This document shows, one piece after another, positions 1 through 8,131 of a DNA stretch of 64,000 nt. This DNA is from Escherichia phage alia. Positions within the stretch are counted from its first letter, which is position 1. Each line of letters opens with the position of its first letter. The stretch lies in sequence record NC_052655.1; one strand, 5' to 3'. A program made the translations under genes and the position numbers. Below the pieces are notes generated by a model. The model ran no database searches. It saw nothing but the letters and a program-made list of their open reading frames with translations, and was not told where the DNA came from.

Positions 1-49
1 TTGTATATAGTGACAATATAATCTCAATAAAACATATATGAGGCAAGAA

Positions 50-451
50 ATGAAAAAATTATTGATCGCTGGTTTAATCTCTTTTGGCATGGTTGGAACA
101 TCTAGCGCGGCGATATCCTCCACAGTAGCAGAATTAAGCGCCGTTGATGCAATGGAAAACGTCATGCTTATTAATAATGCGATCCCCGATGAAATCATGG
201 AGGATTCACACATGATCGCTTATGGTGCTGTTACACAACTAACGGCAAAAATAGATAAATCTATTGCTAATGGCTTAAATGAAGATGTACCATGTGAAAT
301 TATTACCAGTGTGCTAACGACTCAAAATTTTACGCCGTGGTTAAAAAGTATTCAAAAGGTACACAGCACCGCCGCAGATCGTAGCAATGAAAAACTGGTG
401 TCAGCACTTGCAACGTATACCCTAGCAAAATGCACCGAAATAAAAGATTGA
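50..451 (+). CDS. hypothetical secreted/periplasmic protein (N-terminal signal peptide)
   Basis: ORF track 38..451; start moved to ATG 50 (GAGG about 8 nt upstream). N-terminus MKKLLIAGLISFGMVGTSSAA has the charge/hydrophobic/AxA pattern of a Sec signal peptide. Confidence 0.5.
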   Translation: MKKLLIAGLISFGMVGTSSAAISSTVAELSAVDAMENVMLINNAIPDEIMEDSHMIAYGAVTQLTAKIDKSIANGLNEDVPCEIITSVLTTQNFTPWLKSIQKVHSTAADRSNEKLVSALATYTLAKCTEIKD

Positions 452-476
452 CAACATAGAAAGCACGTTATAAGAT
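448..476 (+). promoter_or_regulatory. sigma70-like promoter (TTGACA, 17 nt spacer, TAAGAT)
   Basis: TTGACA at 448-453, 17-nt spacer, TAAGAT at 471-476, followed by AAGGAG RBS and ATG 499. Confidence 0.5.
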
Positions 477-498
477 ACACACAACAAAGGAGAACTAC

Positions 499-801
499 AT
501 GAACGGCATAGCTAAAACGTTTTTTCTTTTTTCTGGTGTAAATAATCCATCAATAAAAGTCGATAGTGTAAAAGAAAACAATACTATCACCGCTAAATTG
601 TTTCAAGATGAAACAAATAACGTGCTAATCATTAATCTTAAAGAAATAACGAAAGGTTATTATACTATTGCTTACCATGCGATCTATCATGCGGGTACTA
701 GTGAGGAAGTGCAAACAAGCAACAACGAAAGCGCGGCGCTACCTGGTGATCTGGTGCTGGGTGTTATCAGTTTAATTGTCAATGATTTTTTTAAGGAGTA
801 A
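499..801 (+). CDS. hypothetical protein (100 aa)
   Basis: ORF track; AAGGAG RBS 7 nt upstream of ATG. Confidence 0.55.
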   Translation: MNGIAKTFFLFSGVNNPSIKVDSVKENNTITAKLFQDETNNVLIINLKEITKGYYTIAYHAIYHAGTSEEVQTSNNESAALPGDLVLGVISLIVNDFFKE

Positions 802-805
802 AACC

Positions 806-901
806 ATGCCCTATTTACATTTATTTTTCGGGATCTTATTGTCAGGATCTTTTTTCTTCTGTATACTTGTTTCTATTGTAAACCACGTTTTAAGACATTA
901 A
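806..901 (+). CDS. small hydrophobic peptide (31 aa), candidate membrane peptide
   Basis: Not in ORF track (too short). AAGGAG 7 nt upstream of ATG 806; translation MPYLHLFFGILLSGSFFFCILVSIVNHVLRH is a single predicted TM helix. Confidence 0.3.
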   Translation: MPYLHLFFGILLSGSFFFCILVSIVNHVLRH

Positions 902-910
902 GGAAACAGC

Positions 911-1030
911 ATGAAAATTATTCCCGTACAATATAGCGTAATAAATCCAGCATACGAGGAAGGAAGGAAAACAAGCATGGCTTTATGTTGTATTGCTACT
1001 ATAGCCATGTTGTTATGCATTGTGTTTTAA
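911..1030 (+). CDS. small hydrophobic peptide (39 aa)
   Basis: Not in ORF track. AAGGAAACAGC precedes ATG 911; translation MKIIPVQYSVINPAYEEGRKTSMALCCIATIAMLLCIVF has a hydrophobic C-terminus. Confidence 0.3.
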   Translation: MKIIPVQYSVINPAYEEGRKTSMALCCIATIAMLLCIVF

Positions 1031-1059
1031 TAGGTTTTATAGTTGTACGCTTTAAAGGC

Positions 1060-1088
1060 TTGACAATTTTTTGTTATGCTTTAAACTA
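1060..1088 (+). promoter_or_regulatory. sigma70-like promoter candidate
   Basis: TTGACA at 1060-1065; weak -10 (AAACTA/TATATC) 17-18 nt downstream. Confidence 0.35.
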
Positions 1089-1130
1089 TATCTTGAAAAC
1101 GGCAAAGGCCGCAAACAAAAGGGTAAAATT

Positions 1131-1454
1131 ATGAAATCTGTGATCGGTGTTTATTTGGATAACTCTGATTTTTTCTATCATCGTGCTCGTTTCCTTGATG
1201 CGATTGAAATGATAGAATCAGGCTTTAAAGAGTATCGCCTTGCACATGATGACCTGGAAGCATTACAGGGCAATAGTGTTTTTACATTGCAAGCTAAAGC
1301 ACTATGCAAAAGCCGGATCGACATTGCGAGCAAAAAGATAGAACGCGGCATGTCCTGGTTACGCACCGCAGAAATCAACATGGGGCAATGGTACGGCGAA
1401 AACTTAGAAAATAAACATGCTTTTGTCAATGTAGAAAATATTGAAGATTATTGA
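1131..1454 (+). CDS. hypothetical protein (107 aa)
   Basis: ORF track 1071..1454; start moved to ATG 1131 because the track start lies inside the promoter. Confidence 0.5.
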   Translation: MKSVIGVYLDNSDFFYHRARFLDAIEMIESGFKEYRLAHDDLEALQGNSVFTLQAKALCKSRIDIASKKIERGMSWLRTAEINMGQWYGENLENKHAFVNVENIEDY

Positions 1455-1516
1455 TTGACAGCACACCTGATAAGGAGTATATTGTATCTCATAGAGCGGG
1501 GAAATGGTTTCCCCGC
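1455..1516 (+). promoter_or_regulatory. promoter plus 5' stem-loop cassette
   Basis: TTGACA 1455-1460, 17-nt spacer, TATATT 1478-1483, then GC-rich hairpin GCGGGG-AAATGGTTT-CCCCGC (1497-1516) with no U-tract, then RBS and ATG 1537. Confidence 0.55.
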
Positions 1517-1536
1517 CTTAACAGAAGAGATAAGAT

Positions 1537-1821
1537 ATGAAGATCACAAAAGCACTTTCCAACTATGCAGCACGTCGCGGATTATGCTTATCCGTTGAAA
1601 ACTTAGGGAAAGAAGATTTTTTGTGCTTTTGGGAGCTTGAGAATGATAATGAGTGGATCTTCTCTTATTCTATCTGCGAAGATCAAAACGGTTGTTTATT
1701 AACCTGGCGCGGTAATATCTATCTACCGGAAGAAATCAAAGAAGAATTGCCAGGCACGATCATGACTGAGAAACAGCTTAAGGAAGTGATTAATTTTGTA
1801 GGGCAAAACATTAAAAAATAA
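1537..1821 (+). CDS. hypothetical protein (94 aa)
   Basis: ORF track; preceded by promoter/stem-loop cassette and purine-rich RBS. Confidence 0.55.
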   Translation: MKITKALSNYAARRGLCLSVENLGKEDFLCFWELENDNEWIFSYSICEDQNGCLLTWRGNIYLPEEIKEELPGTIMTEKQLKEVINFVGQNIKK

Positions 1822-1822
1822 T

Positions 1823-1882
1823 TTGACACTAGGCAAACAACGTAGTAAAGTTTATCACATAGGGCGGGAAATGGTTTCCCGC
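1823..1882 (+). promoter_or_regulatory. promoter plus 5' stem-loop cassette
   Basis: TTGACA 1823-1828, 17-nt spacer, TAAAGT; hairpin GCGGG-AAATGGTTT-CCCGC at 1864-1882, near-identical to the hairpins at 1497 and 3509. Confidence 0.55.
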
Positions 1883-1905
1883 TCACAACAGAAGAGAAAC
1901 ACATC

Positions 1906-2076
1906 ATGATCCCGACTATGTTTTACGTATCGCGCAAAGGTCACAATATTTTTTGGTCTGAAGATTTAAATGAAGCCATGACGTTTGCCCGTGATCGTGT
2001 TGCTATCGGTGGCGTTAACATTACCGTAACCGATGAAAACGGCATTGAATACTATAACGGCGACGATGAAGAGTAA
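1906..2076 (+). CDS. hypothetical protein (56 aa)
   Basis: Not in ORF track (<60 aa). ATG 1906 follows cassette and AGAAGAG RBS; translation MIPTMFYVSRKGHNIFWSEDLNEAMTFARDRVAIGGVNITVTDENGIEYYNGDDEE. Confidence 0.45.
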   Translation: MIPTMFYVSRKGHNIFWSEDLNEAMTFARDRVAIGGVNITVTDENGIEYYNGDDEE

Positions 2077-2084
2077 TTAATAAG

Positions 2085-2105
2085 GCGGGGGAGTATTCCC
2101 CGCCG
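2085..2105 (+). promoter_or_regulatory. intergenic GC-rich stem-loop without promoter (RNA processing/stability element or weak terminator)
   Basis: GGCGGGG-GAGTATT-CCCCGCC hairpin between stop 2076 and ATG 2124; no TTGACA upstream and no U-run downstream. Confidence 0.4.
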
Positions 2106-2123
2106 TCAATAAAGAGGTAAATC

Positions 2124-2393
2124 ATGAAAATATCTTTGGACGTTGCAATCAAGGCCATCGAATCCGGTTACACCCTGGTAAAAGATGATAAGGCTAAAAC
2201 CGTGCACCACGTTAACAAGGAAACAGGCGAAAGCATGATCACATATAAAGCCGCCTACTTTCTCCAATCAGTAGCAGATCCGCGCGTACAACGCCAGGTT
2301 ACAGCGGCTATTGCTAAAAAATTATGTGCTTTACAGGGCACAAGTTTTAACGAGATCGCCCCGTGTTTTGACTGGTCGAGCTTGAAAAAATAG
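2124..2393 (+). CDS. hypothetical protein (89 aa)
   Basis: ORF track; AAGAGG RBS upstream. Confidence 0.55.
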   Translation: MKISLDVAIKAIESGYTLVKDDKAKTVHHVNKETGESMITYKAAYFLQSVADPRVQRQVTAAIAKKLCALQGTSFNEIAPCFDWSSLKK

Positions 2394-2394
2394 T

Positions 2395-2452
2395 TTGACA
2401 ACAATTATAAATCGGGTAGAATGTATTTCGTAGGGCGGCAATAGTGCCGCTC
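2395..2452 (+). promoter_or_regulatory. promoter plus 5' stem-loop cassette
   Basis: TTGACA 2395-2400, TAGAAT -10 near 2417-2422, hairpin GGGCGGCA-ATAG-TGCCGCTC at 2433-2452. Confidence 0.5.
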
Positions 2453-2473
2453 ACAACTAAAAGAGAAATCAGC

Positions 2474-2668
2474 ATGGCGCTTAAAAAACTAACAAGCAAT
2501 ACTCGTTGGGATGAAATCGACGGAGAAGTTTACATTTTCGCCCGTAAACCAGGTGATCAAAAATGGTCAAAGGCTTTTACTTGCCACCCTGCAACAATAG
2601 ATCTAATAAAAAGTAAAGGTTTACGTGAAGCAGTAGCGAGAAGTTTACTGATCCCTTATAAAAAATAG
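2474..2668 (+). CDS. hypothetical protein (64 aa)
   Basis: ORF track 2444..2668 starts at GTG inside the hairpin; ATG 2474 (AAAGAG RBS upstream) chosen instead. Confidence 0.5.
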   Translation: MALKKLTSNTRWDEIDGEVYIFARKPGDQKWSKAFTCHPATIDLIKSKGLREAVARSLLIPYKK

Positions 2669-2669
2669 T

Positions 2670-2731
2670 TTGACAATATGCTGTTATCTGGTAAAGTGTA
2701 CGACATAGGGCGGGGCAATAAGGCAACGCCC
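2670..2731 (+). promoter_or_regulatory. promoter plus 5' stem-loop cassette
   Basis: TTGACA 2670-2675, -10 TAAAGT, imperfect hairpin GGGCGGGGCAATAAGGCAACGCCC at 2708-2731. Confidence 0.5.
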
Positions 2732-2749
2732 ATTAATGAGGGTAGAATC

Positions 2750-2854
2750 ATGTTAGAGAAAATTTTCACGGTTGTAATAGTGGGCCTGGCGTTATCGGTT
2801 GGATTGGTTGCAACTATGGCTAACATGATCCTATCTTCCCACGGTATTGGATAA
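2750..2854 (+). CDS. small membrane peptide (34 aa)
   Basis: Not in ORF track. GAGGGTAGAATC precedes ATG 2750; translation MLEKIFTVVIVGLALSVGLVATMANMILSSHGIG is one hydrophobic helix. Confidence 0.35.
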   Translation: MLEKIFTVVIVGLALSVGLVATMANMILSSHGIG

Positions 2855-2864
2855 GGTGAATCAA

Positions 2865-3080
2865 ATGATCACGAATAAGACAGGTAAAACAGAATTTTTA
2901 CGCGGCTTGCAAATAGGTAAACCTGAGATCTGGCATTGCACTAAATCCGCGCATAATGAAATGAAAGATTTTACCGCTACTTTACAACGTGTTAAAATAT
3001 CTATCACACAGAAAAAAGCCTTGTTAGTAGTAGAAAACGAGATCCCGCAAACCATTATTATTGTCGAGCGTACAGCATGA
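2865..3080 (+). CDS. hypothetical protein (71 aa)
   Basis: ORF track 2847..3080; start moved to ATG 2865 (AAGGTG 6 nt upstream) to avoid overlap with the small upstream ORF. Confidence 0.45.
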   Translation: MITNKTGKTEFLRGLQIGKPEIWHCTKSAHNEMKDFTATLQRVKISITQKKALLVVENEIPQTIIIVERTA

Positions 3081-3463
3081 AAACTGAAATCATTAACGAA
3101 ATGATCAACGGCTATAAAGAAGCCTTTATTTTTGCCGAACCAGCGACGGATCACAATGGGGAATATATTGAGAATCTAGACGATTATGATTTTTCTCCTA
3201 GCGCCCTGAAACGTATTACCAGCGATGTGACCGCCTTTTGTAGTGCCAATGTTGCCGCTATCTCTGAGGCAATGAGCGACGGCGCAACAGCAAACCAGAT
3301 CGGGAATGACTTACATTTCACCCGTAACGGTCACGGCGTAGGCTTTTGGGATCGCCCTGAAATATACACTACTAACACCGCCAACCGCCTAACAAATGCA
3401 GCTAAATTAATGCCATCGGTGCATGCTTACATTGGTGAAGATAATTTGATTTATATTGAATAA
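3077..3463 (+). CDS. hypothetical protein (128 aa)
   Basis: ORF track; start overlaps upstream stop (ATGA coupling). Confidence 0.55.
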   Translation: MKTEIINEMINGYKEAFIFAEPATDHNGEYIENLDDYDFSPSALKRITSDVTAFCSANVAAISEAMSDGATANQIGNDLHFTRNGHGVGFWDRPEIYTTNTANRLTNAAKLMPSVHAYIGEDNLIYIE

Positions 3464-3469
3464 AAAGTA

Positions 3470-3529
3470 TTGACACCGATCCCCAATATGGTATTATTTA
3501 CCACGTAGGCGGGAAATGGTTTCCCGCCA
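3470..3529 (+). promoter_or_regulatory. promoter plus 5' stem-loop cassette
   Basis: TTGACA 3470-3475, 17-nt spacer, ATTATT/TATTAT -10, hairpin GGCGGG-AAATGGTTT-CCCGCC at 3509-3529. Confidence 0.55.
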
Positions 3530-3551
3530 GGTAATCAAAAAGGTAAATACT

Positions 3552-3941
3552 ATGCGCAACCTGGTTTCTGTTTCTAACGTTGAAAAATTCCAATCTTTAC
3601 AGGGTATCGTTAACAACGTAGCGCCTTTTTTAGTAAACGGCTTGATTGCAAAGATGAAAAATAAACATCATGCGGCATGGTCTGCTTATTGCTTTGATAA
3701 TGATGAAAAAGCGGCTGAAATGATGTTAGATATGCTGTTAGATAGTGTAGAAACATCTTTACCGGAAAACATCGCAGAAGAGATCACCTATCGTTATAAT
3801 ATGGCGATCACTTACCAGGAGGTTGCGCAATTCAACATGATGGATGATGACGAACAACAGGATCAAGAAATGTTTTGGGAGTATGCAGATCGTCAATCGG
3901 CTTTTGATGAAAAGTTAGCGATGTATTATAACGAATATTAA
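3552..3941 (+). CDS. hypothetical protein (129 aa)
   Basis: ORF track 3516..3941 begins inside the hairpin; ATG 3552 with AAAAAGG RBS chosen. Confidence 0.55.
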   Translation: MRNLVSVSNVEKFQSLQGIVNNVAPFLVNGLIAKMKNKHHAAWSAYCFDNDEKAAEMMLDMLLDSVETSLPENIAEEITYRYNMAITYQEVAQFNMMDDDEQQDQEMFWEYADRQSAFDEKLAMYYNEY

Positions 3942-3955
3942 TACACGGTAAAAGA

Positions 3956-3982
3956 AAGGGGCGCACTAAGCGCCCTTTTTTG
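3956..3982 (+). terminator. rho-independent terminator
   Basis: GGGGCGC-ACTAA-GCGCCCC hairpin followed by TTTTTT. Confidence 0.6.
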
Positions 3983-4326
3983 TATTCTTTTTTCACGATG
4001 GAAACAACACGTAAAGAATAGGCGTAAAGGTGGCGTAAAACAGTCTAAAACCGATTATAACCGCTTAAACAAGGTAACAATGACTAATCACCTTGCCAGG
4101 ATGAAAAAGCTGTTAGAAAGCTGTTTAGAGCGTTTAAAGCACATAGGAAATAACTTGCTTTTTATCTTGCCTTTTATCCTGCTTTTGATTATTATTATGG
4201 AACGGGCGGCACCTGGGGACAGGGGAAGATAATCACCGGAAGATCTTATCATATATTGATAGCTTCCCCCTATCAAACAACAAAACATTAAAGAGATAAA
4301 CTATCAAATCTTTACAATCCTACCTA

Positions 4327-4361
4327 TTGACCGATAAATCACAACAGTTTAATATTGTTTT
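4327..4361 (+). promoter_or_regulatory. sigma70-like promoter (TTGACC, 17 nt spacer, TAATAT)
   Basis: TTGACC at 4327-4332, 17-nt spacer, TAATAT; about 40 nt upstream of ATG 4404. Confidence 0.45.
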
Positions 4362-4403
4362 TAGAGGTTAGAATATTCCCCAAACGAAAACAGGAAAAAG
4401 AAA

Positions 4404-4640
4404 ATGAAAGAAGTCATGATCCTCAAAAAATCACCTATTTTACGTGGCGGTTTTATCGCTTACTCTGATGATCTGTTAATTGCAACAGTTGCAAAAATAC
4501 TAAAATCAGAAGAGGATAGTAAAAACGGCGTTTATCGTATCTGTTTCACCCGTGGAAAATTACAAGGCAAGATCGCCTATGCCTTTGATTTACAAGATGT
4601 AAATGATAAAATCTGCGCTGTTATTGATTATGCAAAATAA
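4404..4640 (+). CDS. hypothetical protein (78 aa)
   Basis: ORF track; purine-rich leader (ACAGGAAAAAGAAA). Confidence 0.5.
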   Translation: MKEVMILKKSPILRGGFIAYSDDLLIATVAKILKSEEDSKNGVYRICFTRGKLQGKIAYAFDLQDVNDKICAVIDYAK

Positions 4641-4652
4641 TTAACTTTCTTA

Positions 4653-4681
4653 TTGACACCGGATCACGCTTACATTATTAT
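4653..4681 (+). promoter_or_regulatory. sigma70-like promoter (TTGACA, 17 nt spacer, TATTAT)
   Basis: TTGACA 4653-4658, 17-nt spacer, TATTAT 4676-4681. Confidence 0.5.
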
Positions 4682-4727
4682 TTATCACGTAGGGCAAATC
4701 ATTTTAAACGGTAAACGAGGAAACACC

Positions 4728-5111
4728 ATGAGCAATATCATCAACCTGGCGGCTACTGTAAACGGTAAAGATTTTAACGGCGCTGTAGATCGTGATCCTA
4801 TGTGGTGCTTATCAGTGTTTAAAGGCGATCTGGTTGAAGTTAGAACAACCGAAGGGTATAGCGATGATTATAAATGCGAGATCCATTTACATAACTGGTA
4901 CACGGGTAAAACTTATGCGCTGAATCATGCGTTTATCGGGAAAATTGAATATCGCGAGATGATCGACGAAGAAACGGGGCAAGATTTTAGCGAGCATGTT
5001 TATATTCGTTCAGAAACATTAGCCGAACGTTTGATCGAGAAAATGAAAGCAAAAAATAAAATTAATTTATCTCATTGGATTGATATAACAAACGATCCGG
5101 CTTATCAGTAA
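4728..5111 (+). CDS. hypothetical protein (127 aa)
   Basis: ORF track 4653..5111 begins inside the promoter; ATG 4728 with GAGGAAACACC RBS chosen. Confidence 0.55.
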   Translation: MSNIINLAATVNGKDFNGAVDRDPMWCLSVFKGDLVEVRTTEGYSDDYKCEIHLHNWYTGKTYALNHAFIGKIEYREMIDEETGQDFSEHVYIRSETLAERLIEKMKAKNKINLSHWIDITNDPAYQ

Positions 5112-5127
5112 ATAACATTTCATACAA

Positions 5128-5153
5128 GGGCGCTTATTGCGCCCTTTCTTTTT
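5128..5153 (+). terminator. rho-independent terminator
   Basis: GGGCGC-TTATT-GCGCCC hairpin followed by TTTCTTTTT. Confidence 0.6.
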
Positions 5154-5357
5154 ACCTAAATAAAGATGATAGCTTTTACCTATCAAAAACGTTCACCGAA
5201 AAAAGTGAATAGATCGCGGTATCGAGCTAATCAAGGAGCAGATGAACAACCATACCATGAAGATCATAAGGCGCTTACAGCGTGTTTTAGACCGCTTATT
5301 TTTAATTTCTTCATGTAACTATCTGGCAAAAACAGCCTTTTTCTTGTCTTTCCTCTT

Positions 5358-6488
5358 AAATGATAATCATTCTTATTTATAGCTGATTATTTATGCAATA
5401 AACTGCATAATGCAATAATGATAATCATTCTTAACTTAAGACCATCTAACTTATAAAATAATAAGTTATCTAACTAAATTAAAGCTAATTATCTTACTTT
5501 TATTTATAACATACTGTTACTATCTTATTGATAACCTTATATTAAACAACAATAATCAATGTAAATCATTACTAAGCTAACTATAATCTATCTAACCCTT
5601 AAAACTACAATTATAATCTATCAAATTGTTGCACAAAGTAACTATTAAATTGTTAGTAACATTGCTAAATAATTAATATCCTATCTATTTATGATCTAAT
5701 CTTTACCTCCCTATCTATTACCTAAATAACCATTTCATGTGGTAATCATTTCATACAATAACTATAACAAGAAATATAATTCGCAAGCGTATCATTAGCA
5801 GCCTATGCCGGACACATAGGCGGCTAATAATAACGCAACTACACACCCCACATAATAACCATCACCGATAGTTATTATTTGTGCTTATGTAGCTTGCAAC
5901 AATTGCAAGCGCAACAATATACATGGTATATTGTATCCCTTACATTGTTGCGGTGCGTTATTATTAGCTAATGTTTAGAACATTGGCTATAATATAAGCT
6001 AAGTAATAAGCTAGTCAATAATAAACATAATGAATAATGACATTAATGATCATAATGCGCCACCCTCCAGGGGGCGCTATGTGAACACAAAGAAATCATT
6101 CTTGTCAAGAAAAATATCACCCTATTGCGCAAAATTATTTATATCTGAATAGATGATTTTTCATACTATTGCCCCCTATAACATACCTCATTTGTTGAGC
6201 CTACTTTCTTAAAAGCGCAATAAAGTAGAATTATCTTGATTTTTAGTCGGTTTTATAGTACAGAAAGTATGCAAATGATAATCATTATCAGCTATCCTCC
6301 AGGGTGGCACTATTTCACGCCAGATCATTTCATTTGGCAAGGTGTATATAGATGTTTAGAAATGCCAAGCCATTGATTTACTTAGAATTTATCTGTTTTG
6401 TTGTGAGTAGTACCTTTCTTGCTTAGAAAATAATCAAAAGTCTTATAAGTCATTGAATGATAATGCAAATGATAATTATTCTCATTGA
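5358..6488. repeat. AT-rich non-coding region with iteron-like repeats (core AATGATAATCATT) and repeated CCTCCAGGG(G/T)G(C/G)CAC motif
   Basis: Copies of (A)AATGATAATCATT(C/A)T near 5358, 5415, 6269 and 6455 (degenerate copy near 5741); CCTCCAGGGGGCGCTAT at 6064 and CCTCCAGGGTGGCACTAT at 6297. No credible ORF. Confidence 0.55.
5803..5965. repeat. palindrome-rich segment (hairpin GCCTATG...CATAGGC; inverted TAATAATAACGCAAC / GCGTTATTATTAGC)
   Basis: Read directly from sequence: 7-bp inverted repeat at 5803-5826 and longer inverted repeat arms flanking 5830-5960 with the central TTGCAACAATTGCAA palindrome. Confidence 0.45.
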
Positions 6489-6604
6489 TATTTGAGGGGG
6501 ACGGTCGGCAGAAATCGGGGGGCGCTGAAAATCGCGTTAAGCACCTCTCGCAAGCGAGCAGTATTTTGCGGCAAGTTATTGATATTATTGACTTTACGCT
6601 TATG

Positions 6605-6711
6605 AAAAGGGGTGTGTCGAAATAAATCGGGTATACCGGAAAATTTTTTGTGGCATAGATATTTATTTGTCTATATTATGTACAAAGGGGTGTGTTAAAA
6701 ATAATAGGTAT
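6605..6711. repeat. direct repeat AAAGGGGTGTGT-(N)-AAATAA-(N)-GGTAT, two copies
   Basis: AAAAGGGGTGTGTCGAAATAAATCGGGTAT (6605-6634) and CAAAGGGGTGTGTTAAAAATAATAGGTAT (6683-6711). Confidence 0.5.
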
Positions 6712-6779
6712 ATATAGAATAATTGATAGGGAAATCCTATACTAAATCCTTCATTAATGATGTTCCTATGTTGCTGTTC

Positions 6780-6808
6780 TTGTAACAGATGAAAAGACGC
6801 TGTATGAT
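6780..6808 (+). promoter_or_regulatory. candidate promoter for the downstream plus-strand gene array
   Basis: TTGTAA 6780-6785, 17-nt spacer, TATGAT 6803-6808; lies upstream of the first gene of the array (ATG 6932). Confidence 0.35.
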
Positions 6809-6931
6809 GTGTAGCATGAGACGTAAATTTATAAGATGCAAATAATGCTTGCATTGAATAGAAATGTCTGTACACTGTGTTCCATAAGATATGCAATATC
6901 GCGCATAACAAACTACTAATGAGAGGTGTAA

Positions 6932-7249
6932 ATGAGAACCTTAGCTTTGTATATTGATCCTCACTCCATTCGAGAAATGCGAGATGTACAACAGGATTAT
7001 GAATTCTACCCAGAAATTTGTGAACGCTATGAAACTATTCTTAGTTCTGTAGAAGATCCAGATACTAGTGAAACAGGTGCTTCCCACTTACTGTGGATGT
7101 TGAATGAAATTCAGGATGGGTGTAATGATATGTCTGAAACCAAACGCCATCGTTGGCTAGGCTATATTCAGGGTGTTATGGTTATGAAAAACCTTATTAC
7201 AGTGAACGATGAACGTAACGCTACACGCCCCGTCTTTAATGGAGCATAA
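6932..7249 (+). CDS. hypothetical protein (105 aa)
   Basis: ORF track; GAGAGG RBS; first gene of a co-directional packed array. Confidence 0.55.
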   Translation: MRTLALYIDPHSIREMRDVQQDYEFYPEICERYETILSSVEDPDTSETGASHLLWMLNEIQDGCNDMSETKRHRWLGYIQGVMVMKNLITVNDERNATRPVFNGA

Positions 7250-7250
7250 C

Positions 7251-7466
7251 ATGAAAAGCATTCAGGTGTGTATTGAAAATAATTGTGGTTATCTGGGATT
7301 GACACACGTTGCTTTCCCTCTTATGTTAAATGCCGATATCGCTTACAGCGGAGTTGCTTATGTGTCATTCAAGACAATGAGCCAAGTACCTGGCTGGAAG
7401 TGGGAAGTAGTTGATGTTGTTGAAGGAGAAGACTATGTTTTCCTTCCACACGAATATACTGTTTAA
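7251..7466 (+). CDS. hypothetical protein (71 aa)
   Basis: ORF track 7209..7466; start moved to ATG 7251 immediately after the upstream stop (GGAG upstream). Confidence 0.5.
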   Translation: MKSIQVCIENNCGYLGLTHVAFPLMLNADIAYSGVAYVSFKTMSQVPGWKWEVVDVVEGEDYVFLPHEYTV

Positions 7467-7481
7467 AGAGAGGAAAAGCAG

Positions 7482-7664
7482 ATGGATAAACAAACTACTG
7501 TGTACTTAGTAACAAAGAATACCCTAGACTGGAACCAATGCAGCACTGTCCCTTACAAGATCTGTGCAACATTAGAACTAGCACAACGCGCAGAAGCAGA
7601 AGTGGATGCCATGCAAATGCAACACAGCTATGGTGAGATCATTCCTCTTACTCTTGAACAATAA
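7482..7664 (+). CDS. hypothetical protein (60 aa)
   Basis: ORF track; GAGAGGAAAAG leader. Confidence 0.45.
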   Translation: MDKQTTVYLVTKNTLDWNQCSTVPYKICATLELAQRAEAEVDAMQMQHSYGEIIPLTLEQ

Positions 7665-7675
7665 GGATTTGTGTA

Positions 7676-8128
7676 ATGTTTGAAATTGGTAAAGTGTATC
7701 GTTTTAAGAACCCATCTTATATCCGTAAGTTTGCTAACATGTCTGAGTGCAATAGCAGGATTGCTTCTTTTTTAGGTGATTCCTATTTTCGTGTATTAGA
7801 TGTGGATGATTGGTATGGTGTCACTGCTTTGCAATCCTTAGCAGGAGAACAAGAAATTATCGCTCAAAATGAAGGAGACTTTCTTCAGTGTTACACGTTG
7901 CTTGCAAAAAGTGAGTTTGAGTATTTTGTAGAAGTCTTAGAGGAAGCACCAAAAAGTAAACACGAAGAGAAATACCTGCTTGTAGTGGATGGAGTTCCGA
8001 TCATGGAAACCATCTCCCGTGAGGAAGTTGAAAAAGAGGCGAAACGTTACAAGCTGGATCGTACACAGAGTGTAGTTGAAATCTATTCTCTTATTGGTGT
8101 TGCAGATATTAGTGTGAACATCGTATAA
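7676..8128 (+). CDS. hypothetical protein (150 aa)
   Basis: ORF track; AAGGA leader; packed array. Confidence 0.55.
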   Translation: MFEIGKVYRFKNPSYIRKFANMSECNSRIASFLGDSYFRVLDVDDWYGVTALQSLAGEQEIIAQNEGDFLQCYTLLAKSEFEYFVEVLEEAPKSKHEEKYLLVVDGVPIMETISREEVEKEAKRYKLDRTQSVVEIYSLIGVADISVNIV

Positions 8129-8131
8129 TAT

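Noticed and set aside
1178-1429. Minus-strand ORF (83 aa) in the ORF track
   Set aside because: Lies entirely antisense within the plus-strand gene 1131..1454 in a region where every supported gene is on the plus strand; no RBS; likely an antisense artefact.
2861-3154. Minus-strand ORF (97 aa) overlapping two plus-strand genes
   Set aside because: Antisense to 2865..3080 and 3077..3463, no promoter or RBS on that strand; treated as spurious.
4088-4288. Minus-strand ORF (66 aa) between the terminator at 3982 and the promoter at 4327
   Set aside because: No RBS and opposite to all flanking transcription. A plus-strand 50-codon hydrophobic ORF (about 4080..4232) is an alternative, but its SD is weak, so neither was annotated.
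6663-6911. Minus-strand ORF (82 aa) inside the AT-rich repeat region
   Set aside because: Overlaps the direct repeats and candidate promoter, low-complexity composition, no RBS; better explained as non-coding regulatory DNA.
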